This document shows positions 1 through 12,395 of a DNA stretch of 64,000 nucleotides, piece after piece. The notes beneath the pieces were generated by a model. That model saw only the letters and a list, made by a program, of their open reading frames with translations. It had not been told where the DNA came from and made no database searches. Position 1 is the first letter of the stretch. Each line of letters opens with the position of its first letter. Position numbers and translations under genes: made by a program. The stretch covers positions 31,310,001-31,374,000 of the forward strand of contig OZ038379.1 of the NCBI GenBank assembly GCA_964036045.1. The letters run 5' to 3'. The DNA comes from Eutreptiella sp. 'Long Island Sound 2002'. Lineage: Eukaryota > Protista > Euglenida.

Positions 1-415
1 CACCTGAGAAGCCGTGGGCACCCGAAGGCAAAGACATCGGAGTCCTCCGTGATCACAGCCCAGCACTTGCCTCCCTTCACCAGCTCCGCGCATTGGGCCT
101 CTGCTTCCCCTGGGGCTGCAAACAAGGGCACACAGTAAAGGCACCCATTGCACACACGTACCCATGGACCCCCGGTTGTCTTGGGTTGCAAGACTTCCGG
201 CACCCTCTGTTGTCATTGGCCTGACCTGGCCCTTGCTGCAAGAAACACACAGAACACATCATCGGGCGCCACCCCCCTCCCTCCCCCACACGTGCTTGAC
301 ATGGCACTCCACATGCGGCAGTTCTTTGTGCACTGCACGTGCACATATTCAGAATTACACACGGCCAAGCGCCATACGTCCACAAAATACAAGCCTCTCA
401 GCACCGTCAGCTCAC

Positions 416-635
416 CTGCCCTCCTCGTTTGTGGCCGTTCAGCGAAATCCACGTGGGAATAGTCATGCGGCCCGGGACTGACCGCAGGACCTCCTTTCGG
501 AAATGTTGCTTGGTCCTGGTGGGGCTGGGGGTTGTGCTCTCCTTGGCGGCGGTGGGATGGGGCCGCACCCACTGCAATCCTCGGTGAAACTGAAATATGA
601 AACTCCCATGCCCGTCGTCCACTGGACCATTGAGA
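416..635 (-). CDS. Possible internal exon of an unidentified gene
   Basis: Pyrimidine-rich acceptor (cccgcccctgcag|) and strong donor (cag|gtgagc) enclose a ~220-nt stretch open in at least two frames (e.g. LNGPVDDGHGSFIFQFHRGLQW...NGHKRGGQ). No domain recognised. Confidence 0.3.
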
Positions 636-1285
636 CTGCAGGGGCGGGAGAAGGGGCGCAATCAAGGATTGGCGTGTATGGGCTGCGTGTTTTGGAGCTG
701 ATGGTTGCCACCATTCAGGGGCTGAGGCATCCAGAGCGAGCGCCAGGACCCTCATTGGAGAGCTTTGGGTCGAAGACTAGTCGGGTTTCCACATATCATG
801 CAACAATACTGTCTGTTCCATCCTCCACTGCTACTGTGTCCAAGCACTCCTCTGGCTCTCAGTCGCTGTGGGCGTCCGACTGCAGATTGTGTGTGTGGTT
901 GTGGCCGTGTAAGGAAAACTGCGTGTGTGATATATTCACGGGGGCGGCCGCCAGCCAATGTGTGACCCCGAGGGGTGTTCGACAGTTTGGGGGGCTGTAG
1001 GGGGGGGGGACCCCACCCCCCCCCTTCGTTGACCCAAACCCAGCACCTTTTCCGGCAGGCCCCGTCCAAGCGCGCAAACACACAAAGCTAACAAGATGCA
1101 CTGTGAATGGTGATTGTTTTGCTGCACTGCAACACTTTCAGAGCAGTATTGAATGTTGCCTTAGGTTCGCCCAAAGGCCTTTCCTTCCCCTTGTCACAAA
1201 CCACAGACATATATGTAGAGAAGCAAAGGGAGCCACAGACATATATATAGAGAAGCGAAGGGAGGGGAGGGGCCTTGTGGGCAAT

Positions 1286-1895
1286 GTGGCTACTTAACCC
1301 CTGCCGTCTCGGGGAGCCCCACCGCTTCAAAGCGGGGGACTAAATCAGAAGTGGCCCACAAAGTGGGCGAGGTGGCTACTTAACCCCTGCCGTCTCGGGG
1401 AGCCCCACCGCTTCAAAGCGGGGGACTAAATCAGAAGTGGCCCACAAAGTGGGCAAGGTGGCTACTTAACCCCTGCCGTCTCGGGGAGCCCCTCCGCTTC
1501 AAAGCGGGGGACTAAATCAGAAGTGGCCCACAAAGTGGGCAAGGTGGCTACTTAACCCCTGCCGTCTCGGGGAGCCCCTCCGCTTCAAAGCGGGGGACTA
1601 AATCAGAAGTGGCCCACAAAGTGGGCAAGGTGGCTACTTAACCCCTGCCGTCTCGGGGAGCCCCTCCGCTTCAAAGCGGGGGACTAAATCAGAAGTGGCC
1701 CACAAAGTGGGCAAGGTGGCTACTTAACCCCTGCCGTCTCGGGGAGCCCCTCCGCCTCAGAGCGGGGGACTAAATCAGAAGTGGCCCACAAAGTGGGCGA
1801 GGTGGCTACTTAACCCCTGCCGTCTCAGGGAGCCCCTCCGCCTCAGAGCGGGGGACTAAATCAGAAGTGGCCCACTTGTGGGCGAGGTGGCTACA
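1286..1895 (+). repeat. Tandem array of an 86-bp satellite (7 near-identical units plus a partial unit)
   Basis: Unit gtggctacttaacccctgccgtctcggggagcccc(t/a)ccgcttcaaagcgggggactaaatcagaagtggcccacaaagtgggc(a/g)ag starts at 1286, 1372, 1458, 1544, 1630, 1716, 1802. Confidence 0.97.
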
Positions 1896-2714
1896 TTGTG
1901 CTTTTTCGCCATTTTTGAATTCTCCACAAAATTCTGAGTATTTTGAGTATAGACACATAGGGTGGAACAAGAAAAATTACCCCTGCCGTAAGCCTAAAAC
2001 AAAATCTCCGGCGCCTCCGGCGCCGACAAAGCACCTTGTTCCGTGCGACAATTTTGGGGTCCGTAGAGCCCCCCCCCCCCCCCCTTTGGGGTCGGGACCT
2101 GACCAGGAGCGCCCCCCGTGGATATATTACGACTTAAGTCGTCTACGTTTTCTGCGTATTGAGACTGCTGCGCTTGTAGAGGAGGCCGAAGAGACCCCCA
2201 TGGAGAAAGTAGTGCTCTGATCAGAGTCACTGGCAAAAAGGCATTTGTCTGTGTCGGAGTCGAAAAGCCGTAGAATGTTAGGGGCTGTTAGGGGCTGGAG
2301 CGGGGGGTGCTACGGACTACCTGTTTTCCCAGGGGCCCAGGACATGGCAAGTACAGTTGGGACAGACCAAAATCGGCTCAACCTGCTCCACCGCCTTGAA
2401 GATAGGCAAAGCGTTGCCCCACTTGCTTACTGGAAAATACTCATGGGTGCCTGACGCCCGATTCTGAACCAGTAAGGTGTGGGTGCATCTTTTCATGGAG
2501 TGGGCCAGAACCATGAAACATCAAATTCAAAATGATGCATCAATGCTTAATTTACTTGGGAGAGCATTGTACACTGGGACATTGCAAGGAAAAAAAAGCA
2601 GCAGCATGGGGAATTGCAATGTGCATGCAGCCATCATAATAGGAGCAGAGTGTCAACAGCTCAAACGCATGACCTGCAGCAAATGTGACAACATATGAGG
2701 GTACGTTTGCCCGG

Positions 2715-2800
2715 CTGCTTGGGGTCCCTGTGGTGGGGAGAAATCTATATGGCTACATCACCCCTGCCTTCTCAAGGTCCCCATGGTGGGGAGAAATCGA
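2715..2800 (+). repeat. Degenerate relic of the 86-bp satellite family
   Basis: ggctacatcacccctgccttctcaaggtcccc...ggggagaaatc resembles the array unit. Confidence 0.5.
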
Positions 2801-3029
2801 TCTACAAAGGAGCGGATGTGGTGGAAATGAGCATAAGATGTGTGGGTGAAATTTGGTGAAACTGGGCATTCGTCTTTTAGCATCCACTGGAATATGTATA
2901 GAGGCCGAGGGGCGGGGAGGTGGGCCGAGTCGAGTTCAGGCGCCCGTGTCCTCCCCTACAAGCCCCCCGCCTGAGTCTGCACGGCAGACAAGAGGGACGA
3001 GCTAGAGGGGACTAGGTCTCTTCCGTACT

Positions 3030-6000
3030 TGCCCTGCCGTGCTCAGTGTGGACTGAGGTGGCGAAGGCGCCGATGGCGCGTTCGCCACGGGGTCAGGGGA
3101 GCCCCCCCTCGCGTCGCCGGCTGCGAAGCGGGGGGGGGGGGGGGCAGAGCATGTCCGCTATGGACCCGGTGGCCTCCGGCTGCGGCCGCCTGCGTCCCCG
3201 AGGCGGGGATCGACGCCGCGGCACAGTGCGGCTACTTAGGGCCGCTGAGATGCGGCTGAAAACATTGGGGAGCGACGCCGGAGGCTCAGCCGCCGGTAGG
3301 GGGGGTTGCTCTGCAGTGGAGGGAGAGGGGGGGGGGCAGGGGAGCCCTGCGGCGTAGGGAGTGCCCTTGGCGGGTCGGCAGCAGTTTGGGCGCTCGCTTG
3401 CGCCGGCCCGGAGTTGTCTCTGGCGGTTGGCGAAGGGGAGAACGGGTCAGTATCCCCTCCTCCCGGTTGTGCTGGCCCCACACTCACTGCCCTCCCTCGG
3501 TCAGCCGGGAGGTCAGGTTTGGGGCGCTTCGGGGATCGGGAGTCCCCGGGCCCCAGGGCCGAGGAGGGGCGAGTCCCCAGTGCCTTGGGGGGGGGGGGGG
3601 CGGTACCGGCGAGACGTAGGGGGGCCCGAGGCTAGGAAGGCTTGGGAGGCGGGGTGCGCCCGGCCGAGCAAGGAGGATAGCGCCGCCGCCCCAGCACGCC
3701 GGTCATGGGGCACTAGCACTTGGTGGCCCGGTGCAACCCGAGGCGGGGCCGCCGGGCACTGCGGGTCTGCTGCGGAGCCACCTCCTGGACGAGTTCCTGC
3801 ACCACCTGTATGGCATGGACCTGACGGTCCTTGCCGCCCGCATGGCCGCAGGCCGCGGGGATTAGGCAGGCCACGGGGACTCCCTGTTCCCAGGCTACCC
3901 GCAACCCCTTCCCATGGCATGGGACGACTTTGTCGCCCCCCTCCCGGGAGATGCCGTCCGCAACCAACCGCGCCTCCGGCTTGGGGCCCTGCCGGGCAGT
4001 TGCCCCAGGATTTTGTCGAGGACTTGGTCAGGTGGACGGGCACTGGCGTGGATGCTGGAGTGTGCTGGGCTGAGCTGTCCTTGGACTACAAGGCCTTTGT
4101 GGGGAGGGCGCTCCCGGCCTCCCCTGATCACCGCCTGCGGGGCATGCGCCTCCCGCTGGGGGAAAGGGCCCAGGACTTGCGCAAAGCAGCGGGGTTGGTC
4201 GAGCACCACCTAGTGGCAGGCACACTGTTGTGCGGAGCCCCCCTGGGGGGTGCCGCTCCCTTCTCCCCCTTGGGGGCCGCCTGTTCTTCGCGGCTCACCA
4301 CGAGGTGGTGCTGCAGCTTATGCGCCTAGCGACTCACTACCGGGACACGTGGCTACGGCGCTTGTGGGCGCCGACCCGGATACGTCCGCAGCTAGGCGAC
4401 CGTTTTCTCATGGACTACTACCCCCACCCCCTCGGGGGTGGGCCACCGCTCCTGCCATACGCAAGGAGGCCCCCCCGGGCACCGCCCAAGAGTGTTCTGC
4501 TCGCGGCTCCACAGAGCAGTCGCCCGCCAGGGGTAGGCAGCGGCACTCAGGGCGCGCTCTGCCTGGGGCATGGTACCCCATTGTGCCCCAGGTGCAGAAG
4601 CCCGGGCTGGGCATCAGCCGCTGCTGCCGTGTGGGACACGAGGTACATGTCCCCGTTCCACCCCCTGCGCCAGCCGGAGGGGGAAGAGGCCCGTCCTCCG
4701 CAAGCAAGCTCACCACTAGTCGGGCGGCCCAAGCTGGGGGAAGGCTCCCGCCGCGTCCCGCAGCCAGGGTCTCCAAGTCTCCCTGGCTTGCTCCCACTCC
4801 GGGCAGTCCTAGAGGACGTGGACCTCGTCCTCGTGCGCCGCCCCGCAGTGGAGGTACGCGGAGTCGGTCTGCATGCCATGGCCGGAGACCCTCGCCGCCG
4901 TCCACAGGGTCCCAGCTAGGAGGCCGCGCAGCAACAACTTCTCTAGCTCCGTGGAGGTGACACGTAGAGCCGCGCGGCAGGCCGGGCCGTCAGCCCCGTT
5001 GCCCAGCCCCCCGAAGGTGACTAGACGCCCCGCCTCCAGCTGGCGCGAGGAGTGGCAGCGGAGGCTGTCCCGCACCCGGTGTTGGACCTGGCGGAGGGGC
5101 TCTTACACAAAGTGCAGCGGGTACTCTTGCCCCGGGACGTCCCAGCACCACCAGCCCTCACGGGGACTCTAGCCTAGGGTGGCCACCGTTTGGAGCGCGC
5201 ACCCAATTGGGCCCGTCCCGGGTGGGCGGCCGCTCGATTCCCAGATGGCCTGGGTGAATACCTAGGCGGCCCCCGGCCGCCGGGCCACCCGGGCCAGAGA
5301 GAGCAGTCGCTCGTACTGCGTGTGCATCACCGGAGAGACGCGGTGGCCCTTAGATAGGACCGAGAAGAAAATCTCCTTGGCCCGGGATAGGCGCGTAGCT
5401 CCCCACAGGGCCCGCATGACCGCGGTCTCCAGTCCCCGCAAGTCGGGGTCCGTCACACAGGCGACTACCACTCCATGGAGTGCCAGCGGGGTGACTAGCG
5501 TGTTCATGGCCCGCTCCTGGCTAGGTGGAGAGATGGGGGAGACGGCGGAGGGCGCTCCGACCCGCTTCCAAGCGCCGGGAAAGCACCGGCCCCGTCACCC
5601 TGGAGCCCCGAATAGCCACGTCCACGCCAAGTTGGCGGAAGGTGGCCGCCAACGGGATCGGGACACCCCGGAGCAGGACCGCTAGGGTACCTTGTTCTCC
5701 CTGAATCCAAGAGCAAGACTTGTCCACGCGCATGTCTTGGCCCGTGACTTGCAGCCACTCCTCCGTCGTGGGGACCGTCCCGTGCAGGGAGGCTGCCCCC
5801 ATGGCTACCGCCTGGGTGTCGTCTGCATAGCCCGACTAACCCAGCGCGGCGTAGCCGGAACCCGCGTCCTTGAAAGGGAGGGGGGCCCCCACCTCCAGGT
5901 CGGCCGCTGCTTCCTCGTCCAGAGCGGGGGGGAGGGCGGCCGTCCGCGGGCACACCTGTTGGCGCAGGGAGTCCACCTCCCACTTCCACATCATGATGAG

Positions 6001-8304
6001 GACATTCACGAGGATCACCGACAAGGGGCGGCCCTGGAGGATGCCGTTGGTGGCCTGCCACCATCTGCCAAGGGGCCCGGCGATCTTGAAGGCCCGGCGG
6101 AGCTGCTTGTACATGCCCCAAGGGCACGGCACGTGCCCGGGTCCATGCCCAGCTCCAACGCCAGGGCCAACACAACCGCCTGGGGGATGAGATTGAAGCA
6201 CTTGACGTAGTCGATACTCATCCCCGCCACTGCCCATCCTCGGAGGTGACACAGTTCCAAGAGGACCTATGTCACCGCCGCCCCATCCAGGGCGCTCCTG
6301 GCCGGGCGGAAGCCGAAGGCCGCTAGGTAGGCCCAGTACTCGTGCCACGCGATGGCGTCCGCGAGGCGCACGCCCGCCCAAAGCCTGTAGACCATGGACA
6401 GGACTGTGAGCAGGCGGGTGTTCAGGGGCCCCAGCAGGCCCTCCTTGGGGATGAGGGCGCAGTAGCCCTCGGCCAGGCGGGCCGGCCACCTGCCGAGGCG
6501 CTCGACTTCCTGAGGGAGGTCTACCAGCTAGCCCAGCAGCCTGTCGCGGGGGGAGCGGAGGTTGGCTAGGCTCCACCCGTCTAGCCCCAGAGCCGAGGGC
6601 TTCATGCGGGAGAGTCCCTTGCGAAGGCGGGAGCCATCCAGCCGCGAGGCAATTATGGGGACCCGCCGGACGTGGTGCCCGTATTGGCGGAGGAAGGCCG
6701 CGGGATCCGGCTCGGGGTTTGCCGCATAGTTGCGGCTTATTGGCCGCTAGGCGTCCTGTAGGAGGCCATCCATTTCTGCCAAGTCGGCCGTGGCTGAGCC
6801 ATCCGGCCTAGAGAGGAAGGTGAACGGCGGGGCGTAGGACTCATCCTTGAGCCATCGGTACACCACTCCTTGGTCGGAGGTCCAGGCCTCCTCCAGCCAG
6901 GCGCGCCACTCTTGCAGGCGGCCCTTGTACTCTGCCCGCAGCGTGGCCCGCACCTTGCCCGCAAGGTTCGAATGGAGGCGGCGCAGCACCTCCGGCGGGC
7001 CCGCCGGTCGTGTGTGCCACCCGGCTCCAAGCCAGCATACGCCGGGCCCAGAGCGCAGAGCTTGTCGAGGCGGCGCCGGAGCGCCGCCAACGCCTGCTGC
7101 ACCCTGCGTGGTGTGGCGCCCACTCCGTGCGCCGGTCGCTCCAGCCAGCGGAGGACTCCCCAGAGGGGGCCTTGGGCGGCCTGGATGCGCGCCAGGGGGC
7201 AAGTGAGCGGTCCCCCAGTGTCCCTGCGCTGCTTTGGGCACACACGCACCTCACCAAGCAGCTGCTGAGTCCCCCTGCCCCGGGGCAGGTGCGGCGGGGC
7301 CGGCGGCAAGGCGGCCCTTGCCGGAAGGGAGTCCGGGGCAATATCCAAGCAGGCGAGGGCGAGGAGGGTTTCCTCTGCCTCCGTGGTCCAAAAGGCCCGG
7401 GAGTGGTCCAAGTCACCCATGGATAGGGACACTCGCCAGCCAGCCTCCACGGGGTCCAAGAGGCGATTCACGAGGATGAGCCGCTCATGTTCCTCCCGCG
7501 GCACCAACTCAATTGGCTTGGGGCGGACGCACTTCACCACCCGCTGGGAGGCCCCCTTTAGGTGCAAGTCGAAGCGCACCGGGGTGTGGCCCGGGATGGC
7601 CCCACGCGGGAGCCGTTCCGCTGTGTGGAGGAGCGCCGCCAACCGCGTGTCGACCAGCAGCCCATCGATGCGCCAGGGGCGTGTACCCTCCGGGCCCTGG
7701 TACGAGCAGAGGGGGTCCCGCCCGAAGGCGGACGCCGGCTCAAGGTCCGCGTCCACCAACCGGCGGACTAGGAGGGCCGTCGGGACGGATGTAGGGGCCC
7801 GGAGCAGGCGGTCGAGGTCGAAGTTCAGATCCCTCCCCACCGGCTGAGGGGCCGCCCCGTGGCACGCCACGTATTGCGCGGCCTAGTCCCAGATGGCTCG
7901 GTTGAGGGTCGGCTGCCAGGAGACGCCGTAGGCCGCCTGGGCGTGCAGGGACTCCGACCCCCGCCCTAGGCCCACCAAGACATGGCACCATCGGGTGGAG
8001 TGCCACAGGGCCTAGGCGAGTGAGTCCGCCTCGCTCCGGGGCGCTCCCTTGGGGGGGAGCACGTGTCTCGCGGGAATGCCCTGGTGCACCACGATCCCCA
8101 GCCCCCCCCCGGCCCGCACATCCCAGATTGCTTGCCACCCCCCGGGATTCCAGGGGGGCGCCCTAGAAAGCTTGCCACCCCGAGGCCCCGGCCTGGGTGC
8201 GCATCACTTGCTGCGCGACCGCTGTGAGGTGGGTCTCGGAGATTAGAACCACGTCTACCTGCCGTTCAGCGTAGGGACGTGACATTGGCTTGCGCCACGC
8301 GTAG
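3030..8304 (-). pseudogene. Copy A ORF2: APE endonuclease, reverse transcriptase, zf-RVT-like CCHC finger and C-terminal extension
   Basis: APE (~7555-8304): AQANVTSL, VVLISET, GILV, GRDLNF, RIDGLL, IPGHTPVRFDL. RT (~5600-6600): ALIPKEG, FGFRP, IDYVKCFNLIP, GILQGRPLS, GYADD (5818-5829). Zn finger C-x2-C-x5-E-x2-H-VL-x-DC (~4790-4870). Many in-frame TAG stops and frameshifts. Confidence 0.92.
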
Positions 8305-8343
8305 TGGCCCCGGGTGGGGGTGGACGCCACCGCAACGCAGCAG
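8305..8343 (-). other. 2A/StopGo-like peptide motif (LLRCGGVHPHPGP) immediately before APE, copy A
   Basis: Direct translation; same position as in copy B. 2A-like D(V/I)ExNPGP motifs are known upstream of APE in L1Tc and other LINEs. Confidence 0.55.
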
Positions 8344-11300
8344 CGGGAGGGGGGGGGGGGGGTTCCGTCGCCATCCTATCAGGGGGGGGGGAGAGGCAGA
8401 GCCACAGTCAGCCCAGCGGGGGGAGGGGGCGGAGAGGGGGGAGTCCTCGACCCACCCACGAACACAACTACCGGCGGTCAGAGGGCGTGAGGGGAGGGGT
8501 CAGAGGGAGGGCAACCTCACATGCCTGCAAGTCAGCTGTTGCTCCTCGGCCACACGGGCCCACTGCACCGAGGCCGGGTAGGCGGTGGAGGTCACCAGCC
8601 CAAGGTAGGCGCGCCAGGAGGTGGAGGGGTCGGCGTGGGGGGAGGCGGCGGCCCACCGGCGGCGGGCGGTAGAGGGGGGGGGGGGGCTGAGGTGCGCGAG
8701 GGGCGACTTTGCTCCCATCCCTCGGCGAGGCGATCGGCCTCTCGGGCCACCTCGTGCAGGAGGTCCCGATGGGGGCCGGGGGGACGCGGCGGAGGACGTC
8801 TAGCCACCGGGCGGTGGCCCAGACCTCGCCCAGCTCCGGCAGTCGGTCCACCGGATGTCAGTGAGCCGGGGGAGGAGAGTGTGCACCTCGGCGCCCACCT
8901 CCCGCCAGGTCGCTAAGGGATCGGGGTCCGGAGGGGCGAGCGGGCGGGGTCGTTGTCCCACACCCGGTGCCACCACTCGACGGCCACGGCGTGGGGCCTA
9001 CCGGCGGCCGTCTCCCCCTCGAAGAGGGTGAGGCGGCGGCACGGGTGGAGGTGCCAGCAGTGGCGCCAGGTACCAGCGCCACGTGTAGAAGAGACCGGCG
9101 CTCTGGTCGTCGGGGCGGGGGGGGGGGGGCGCAAAGAGGACGTTGGGGTACCTCCATTGCAGCGCCCGGGTGATGGTGGCCCTCTTGGACGGCCAGACGG
9201 GGCCGTCCGCGCGCTGGTGGTGGGTGTGCCACCCATTCCACACCCCGGCGAGGAGGTCCCGGAGGCGCAGGACCCCAGGGCACAGCCCTTCGAGGGAGGC
9301 GAGGACACAAGTGGTGCTGGCCCACCCTCGCCGCTGGCGGGGAGCGGGGAACACCACCAAGCAGGGCAAGGCCGTGGTGCCGCCGCCGGTGCCAGAGGAG
9401 TTGGGGGGGGGGGGGCGTGGTGCCCGCGCCCTCGCCCTCGGCCGTGGTCCTCGTGCAATGAGCAAAAGAAATTGGTGGCAGTCTGCAGGGCGGCTAGCGG
9501 AGGGGGTAGAGGGGGGGGGGTCGTGCCCATGTGCCCCACACCTCCTCCCGGCCATTCCCCAGTTAGGCGGTACTTTCCGTCAGCCCAGACTACGGTCACT
9601 GCCCTTCCCGGGGGGGGGGGGGGCTGACACGTTCCCGGCCGCTCCCAACGCGAGGGACAACCGTAGCGGTGCGGCGGGTGGGTCCCTTGCCACCCCGCCA
9701 CCGCCCCACCTTGGAGTGGGACCCCGTGCCACCACCCGAACATGACCCCCCCCCCCCCGGAGGGATTCAGGGCCATCACCTCGCCGCCGGGCGCCCTCGT
9801 GGGCTGTGGGCGTATCGACACCCTCCTACCGCATAGAGGGTCCGGTTCCTGAGCCCGCCCCGGGGGGAAGTCCACCGGTGCTTTAACCGCCGCCATTACC
9901 ACCACCACCAACCCTGGGCGCAGCCGGTGAGGTATCAGGGGGAGTGCCCTTGGTGACAGCCCACCCAAGGTCTCCACTCGGGCCCCTGTCGGCCATTGCG
10001 GGCATGCCGCCATCCACAAGCAGAGGGTCAGGACGCAGAGGGATAAGTGTATTAAAGGATGTCCTCGTCCTCCTCATTCACGTCGACCGCCACCGACTCT
10101 CCGTTTGCCATGGCCAGGTCCCCCGTGTGGTCCGGGGCCTCCACCGCCGCTGCAGGCTGCTGCTGCCCCCCCCCCCCCCAACCCCTCCGGGCGCGTCATT
10201 CGGGCCCTCGGGCCCACGGGCTGGTAATGCCCCAGGCGGCAGCTGCGGGTTGTCCGCTCCCAAAGGCGGTCGAGGAGGCGGTGTCGGTTGCGCCCAGCCG
10301 GACCCCCTGCGAGTCTTCAGGCACCCCCTCCAGCTCGAGGTCAAAGACCGGCCAGTCAAGTGTGCTGTGGGCCAGCTAGGGGCAGCGGTGGAGACGGATG
10401 TTCACCTCCGACCCAAAGGCCTCCTTGGCGTAGCGCCAGAGCTGCGCATACTCGTCCACCGGCAGACCCAGTTGTGCCGGGTAGCCCCGGACGCGCACAG
10501 AGGTCGGCTAGGACGGGGTTAGCGCACCCAGCAGGCTGGCGATATGCGCCACAACCGCGGAGCTCGCCAGCTTAGTCCCCCAGGGGCGTACCCCCACGTT
10601 GCCGGGGGCACCTCCGTCCACTAGCCCGACGAATAGCGTCTGGAGCTTCTAATCCTCGGCGAGGGTCTCCCACACCTCCGGGGAGGGCCCGCGATGCTCC
10701 GGCGGCTGCTTGAACCACAACACATACGCGGGGTGCTGGCAGGCAGAGCCTGTGACTATCCACGGCCAGAAGTGGACACCCCGGGCTTTGCCAATGCCGC
10801 GCATAACCAGCAGCACCACCTCGGTCGGGAGGTCCGCACAGAACTCGACCTTCAACCCTCTGACCGCCGCCTGCATGGGTGGGGGGTGCGGCAAGGCTGC
10901 CTCCATTAGTGGCTTGAGGTGCCGCTAGGCGTGGTCCTTGCCGAAAGAACCCACATGGAGCCGGCGCAAGTCGGCGTCTGCCAGAACTGCCGGGTCCGGG
11001 ATGCAAACGACCCGGACCGCGGACGGCAGGGGGTCCAGCGGCGCGGGGTCTACATCCGGGAGCTCGGCCGCCTCCCGCTTGTCATCCTCCGGGAGACACT
11101 CCCGGACGAGCTGCAGTACGTGCCCCGGTGGAGCAGGGTCCACCACCTCTGGGTTTGCCATCTCCTAGGGCCGGTGCTCGGTCCGAACCACGCCCTGCAG
11201 AGACATGCCCGGCACCGCGAGGCTGGTCTTCGAGCGGCACAGGGCTTGCAGCAGGGTCACCACTGTGGGGGCCGCTTTGCTACCCCCCTGGACGTGTGAC

Positions 11301-12395
11301 CCGCTGGAGGCCGTCGTGCGCCGCGATGGCGGCCGCAGCCGCAAGGTGGGCCTTGTGGACCGTGTAGCCCACCAGGGCCACACACCGCAGGGCCCCCTCC
11401 TGGGGGGGCTGCTTCCACTCCGCCGGGTGGCGCCCCGGCGTGATTTGGGTGATGCCGCACTCCCGGACCGTGTCCCGGGACTCACCCTGGTAAAGGCGGT
11501 GCAGCTGCACCGCCGTCGCCGAAGGCAACAGGGCCAGAGGGCAGTCATTGTGGGCTGTACCAGCGGGGGCGCTGCTTTAGCGCGGCCAGCGGCCGCCACC
11601 ACCCGCACCGCGCCCGGCCAGGATCCCAAAGCCGCGGACCACGTCGCCAAGGCGTAGCTCACGCCGTCTGGGCCCGTTGGGGGGGGGGGGGGCTCCTTGA
11701 CGCCCCCCACCCCCTAGAGGACGATATTGCCCCGGGCGACTTTGATGTCCTCGTGCGCCCAGCCAGGCTGCGAAGAGGCGAAGGGGTGGGTGGGGAGGTG
11801 TCCTGACCGGCAGATGCACCCATCGCGGTGCTCCAGGCTCCGCTGGCTGCTACCCTTCCCCGTCCACACGCACGGGGACCGGGGAGGAGAGGGGGGGGAA
11901 TGCTGGGGGGAAGCCGCAGCTTGTTGCGCCTAAGCGTTCCGGGGGCGCCGGTTGGGTCCCCGTCCCGCTAGCTGCCAGCCGGGCGCCGCCCGGGTCGTGG
12001 GGGCAGTGTTCTTGGTGGCCGCCGCCGTTTTCGTCGTCACCGCCGCGGCGGCCGGCGCCGCTAGGGCCGCCGGGCTCTAGGCCGGGGTTGGTTCGCCCCG
12101 TGACTGACCCACCTCACGGCAGAGGGTGTTGATTACGCCCTCGAGGGACACAGTTTGGCGTTGTAGCGATGCGATCATTGCTTGCTCGGCGGTAGGGGGG
12201 GGGGGGCTGGGCGGGCCTACCACCCCCCTTTCTCCCCTTGGAGCGGGAGCGGCTACGCGCCGCCCCCTCGTCAATGGCTGTGAGCAGGGTGCCCACAAGG
12301 AAAGGAGCCAGCGCCGTGCCTATGGCCGTAAGGACCGCGGGGCGCTGTTGGAGGGCAGCCAGCTGGGTGGCCACCCCCTCTTGATCACCCATCAT
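8344..12395 (-). pseudogene. Copy A ORF1 / pre-APE coding region (~4 kb, disrupted, no recognised domain)
   Basis: ATG ATG at 12395 (MMGDQEGVATQLAALQQRP...), then a coiled-coil-like stretch (AEQAMIASLQRQTVSLEGVINTLCRE). Blocks from ~11200 to 8350 translate to similar peptides in copy B. Confidence 0.7.

Noticed and set aside
1286-1895. CRISPR array (palindromic repeats at regular spacing; also 50244-51295)
   Set aside because: Whole units are repeated with no unique spacers, the context is eukaryotic, and no cas genes are present.
2240-2700. Possible DDE_1 (pogo/Tigger) transposase fragment (…TSKVWVHLFMEWARTMK…)
   Set aside because: Only a loose resemblance; no catalytic D-D-D context or TIRs seen.
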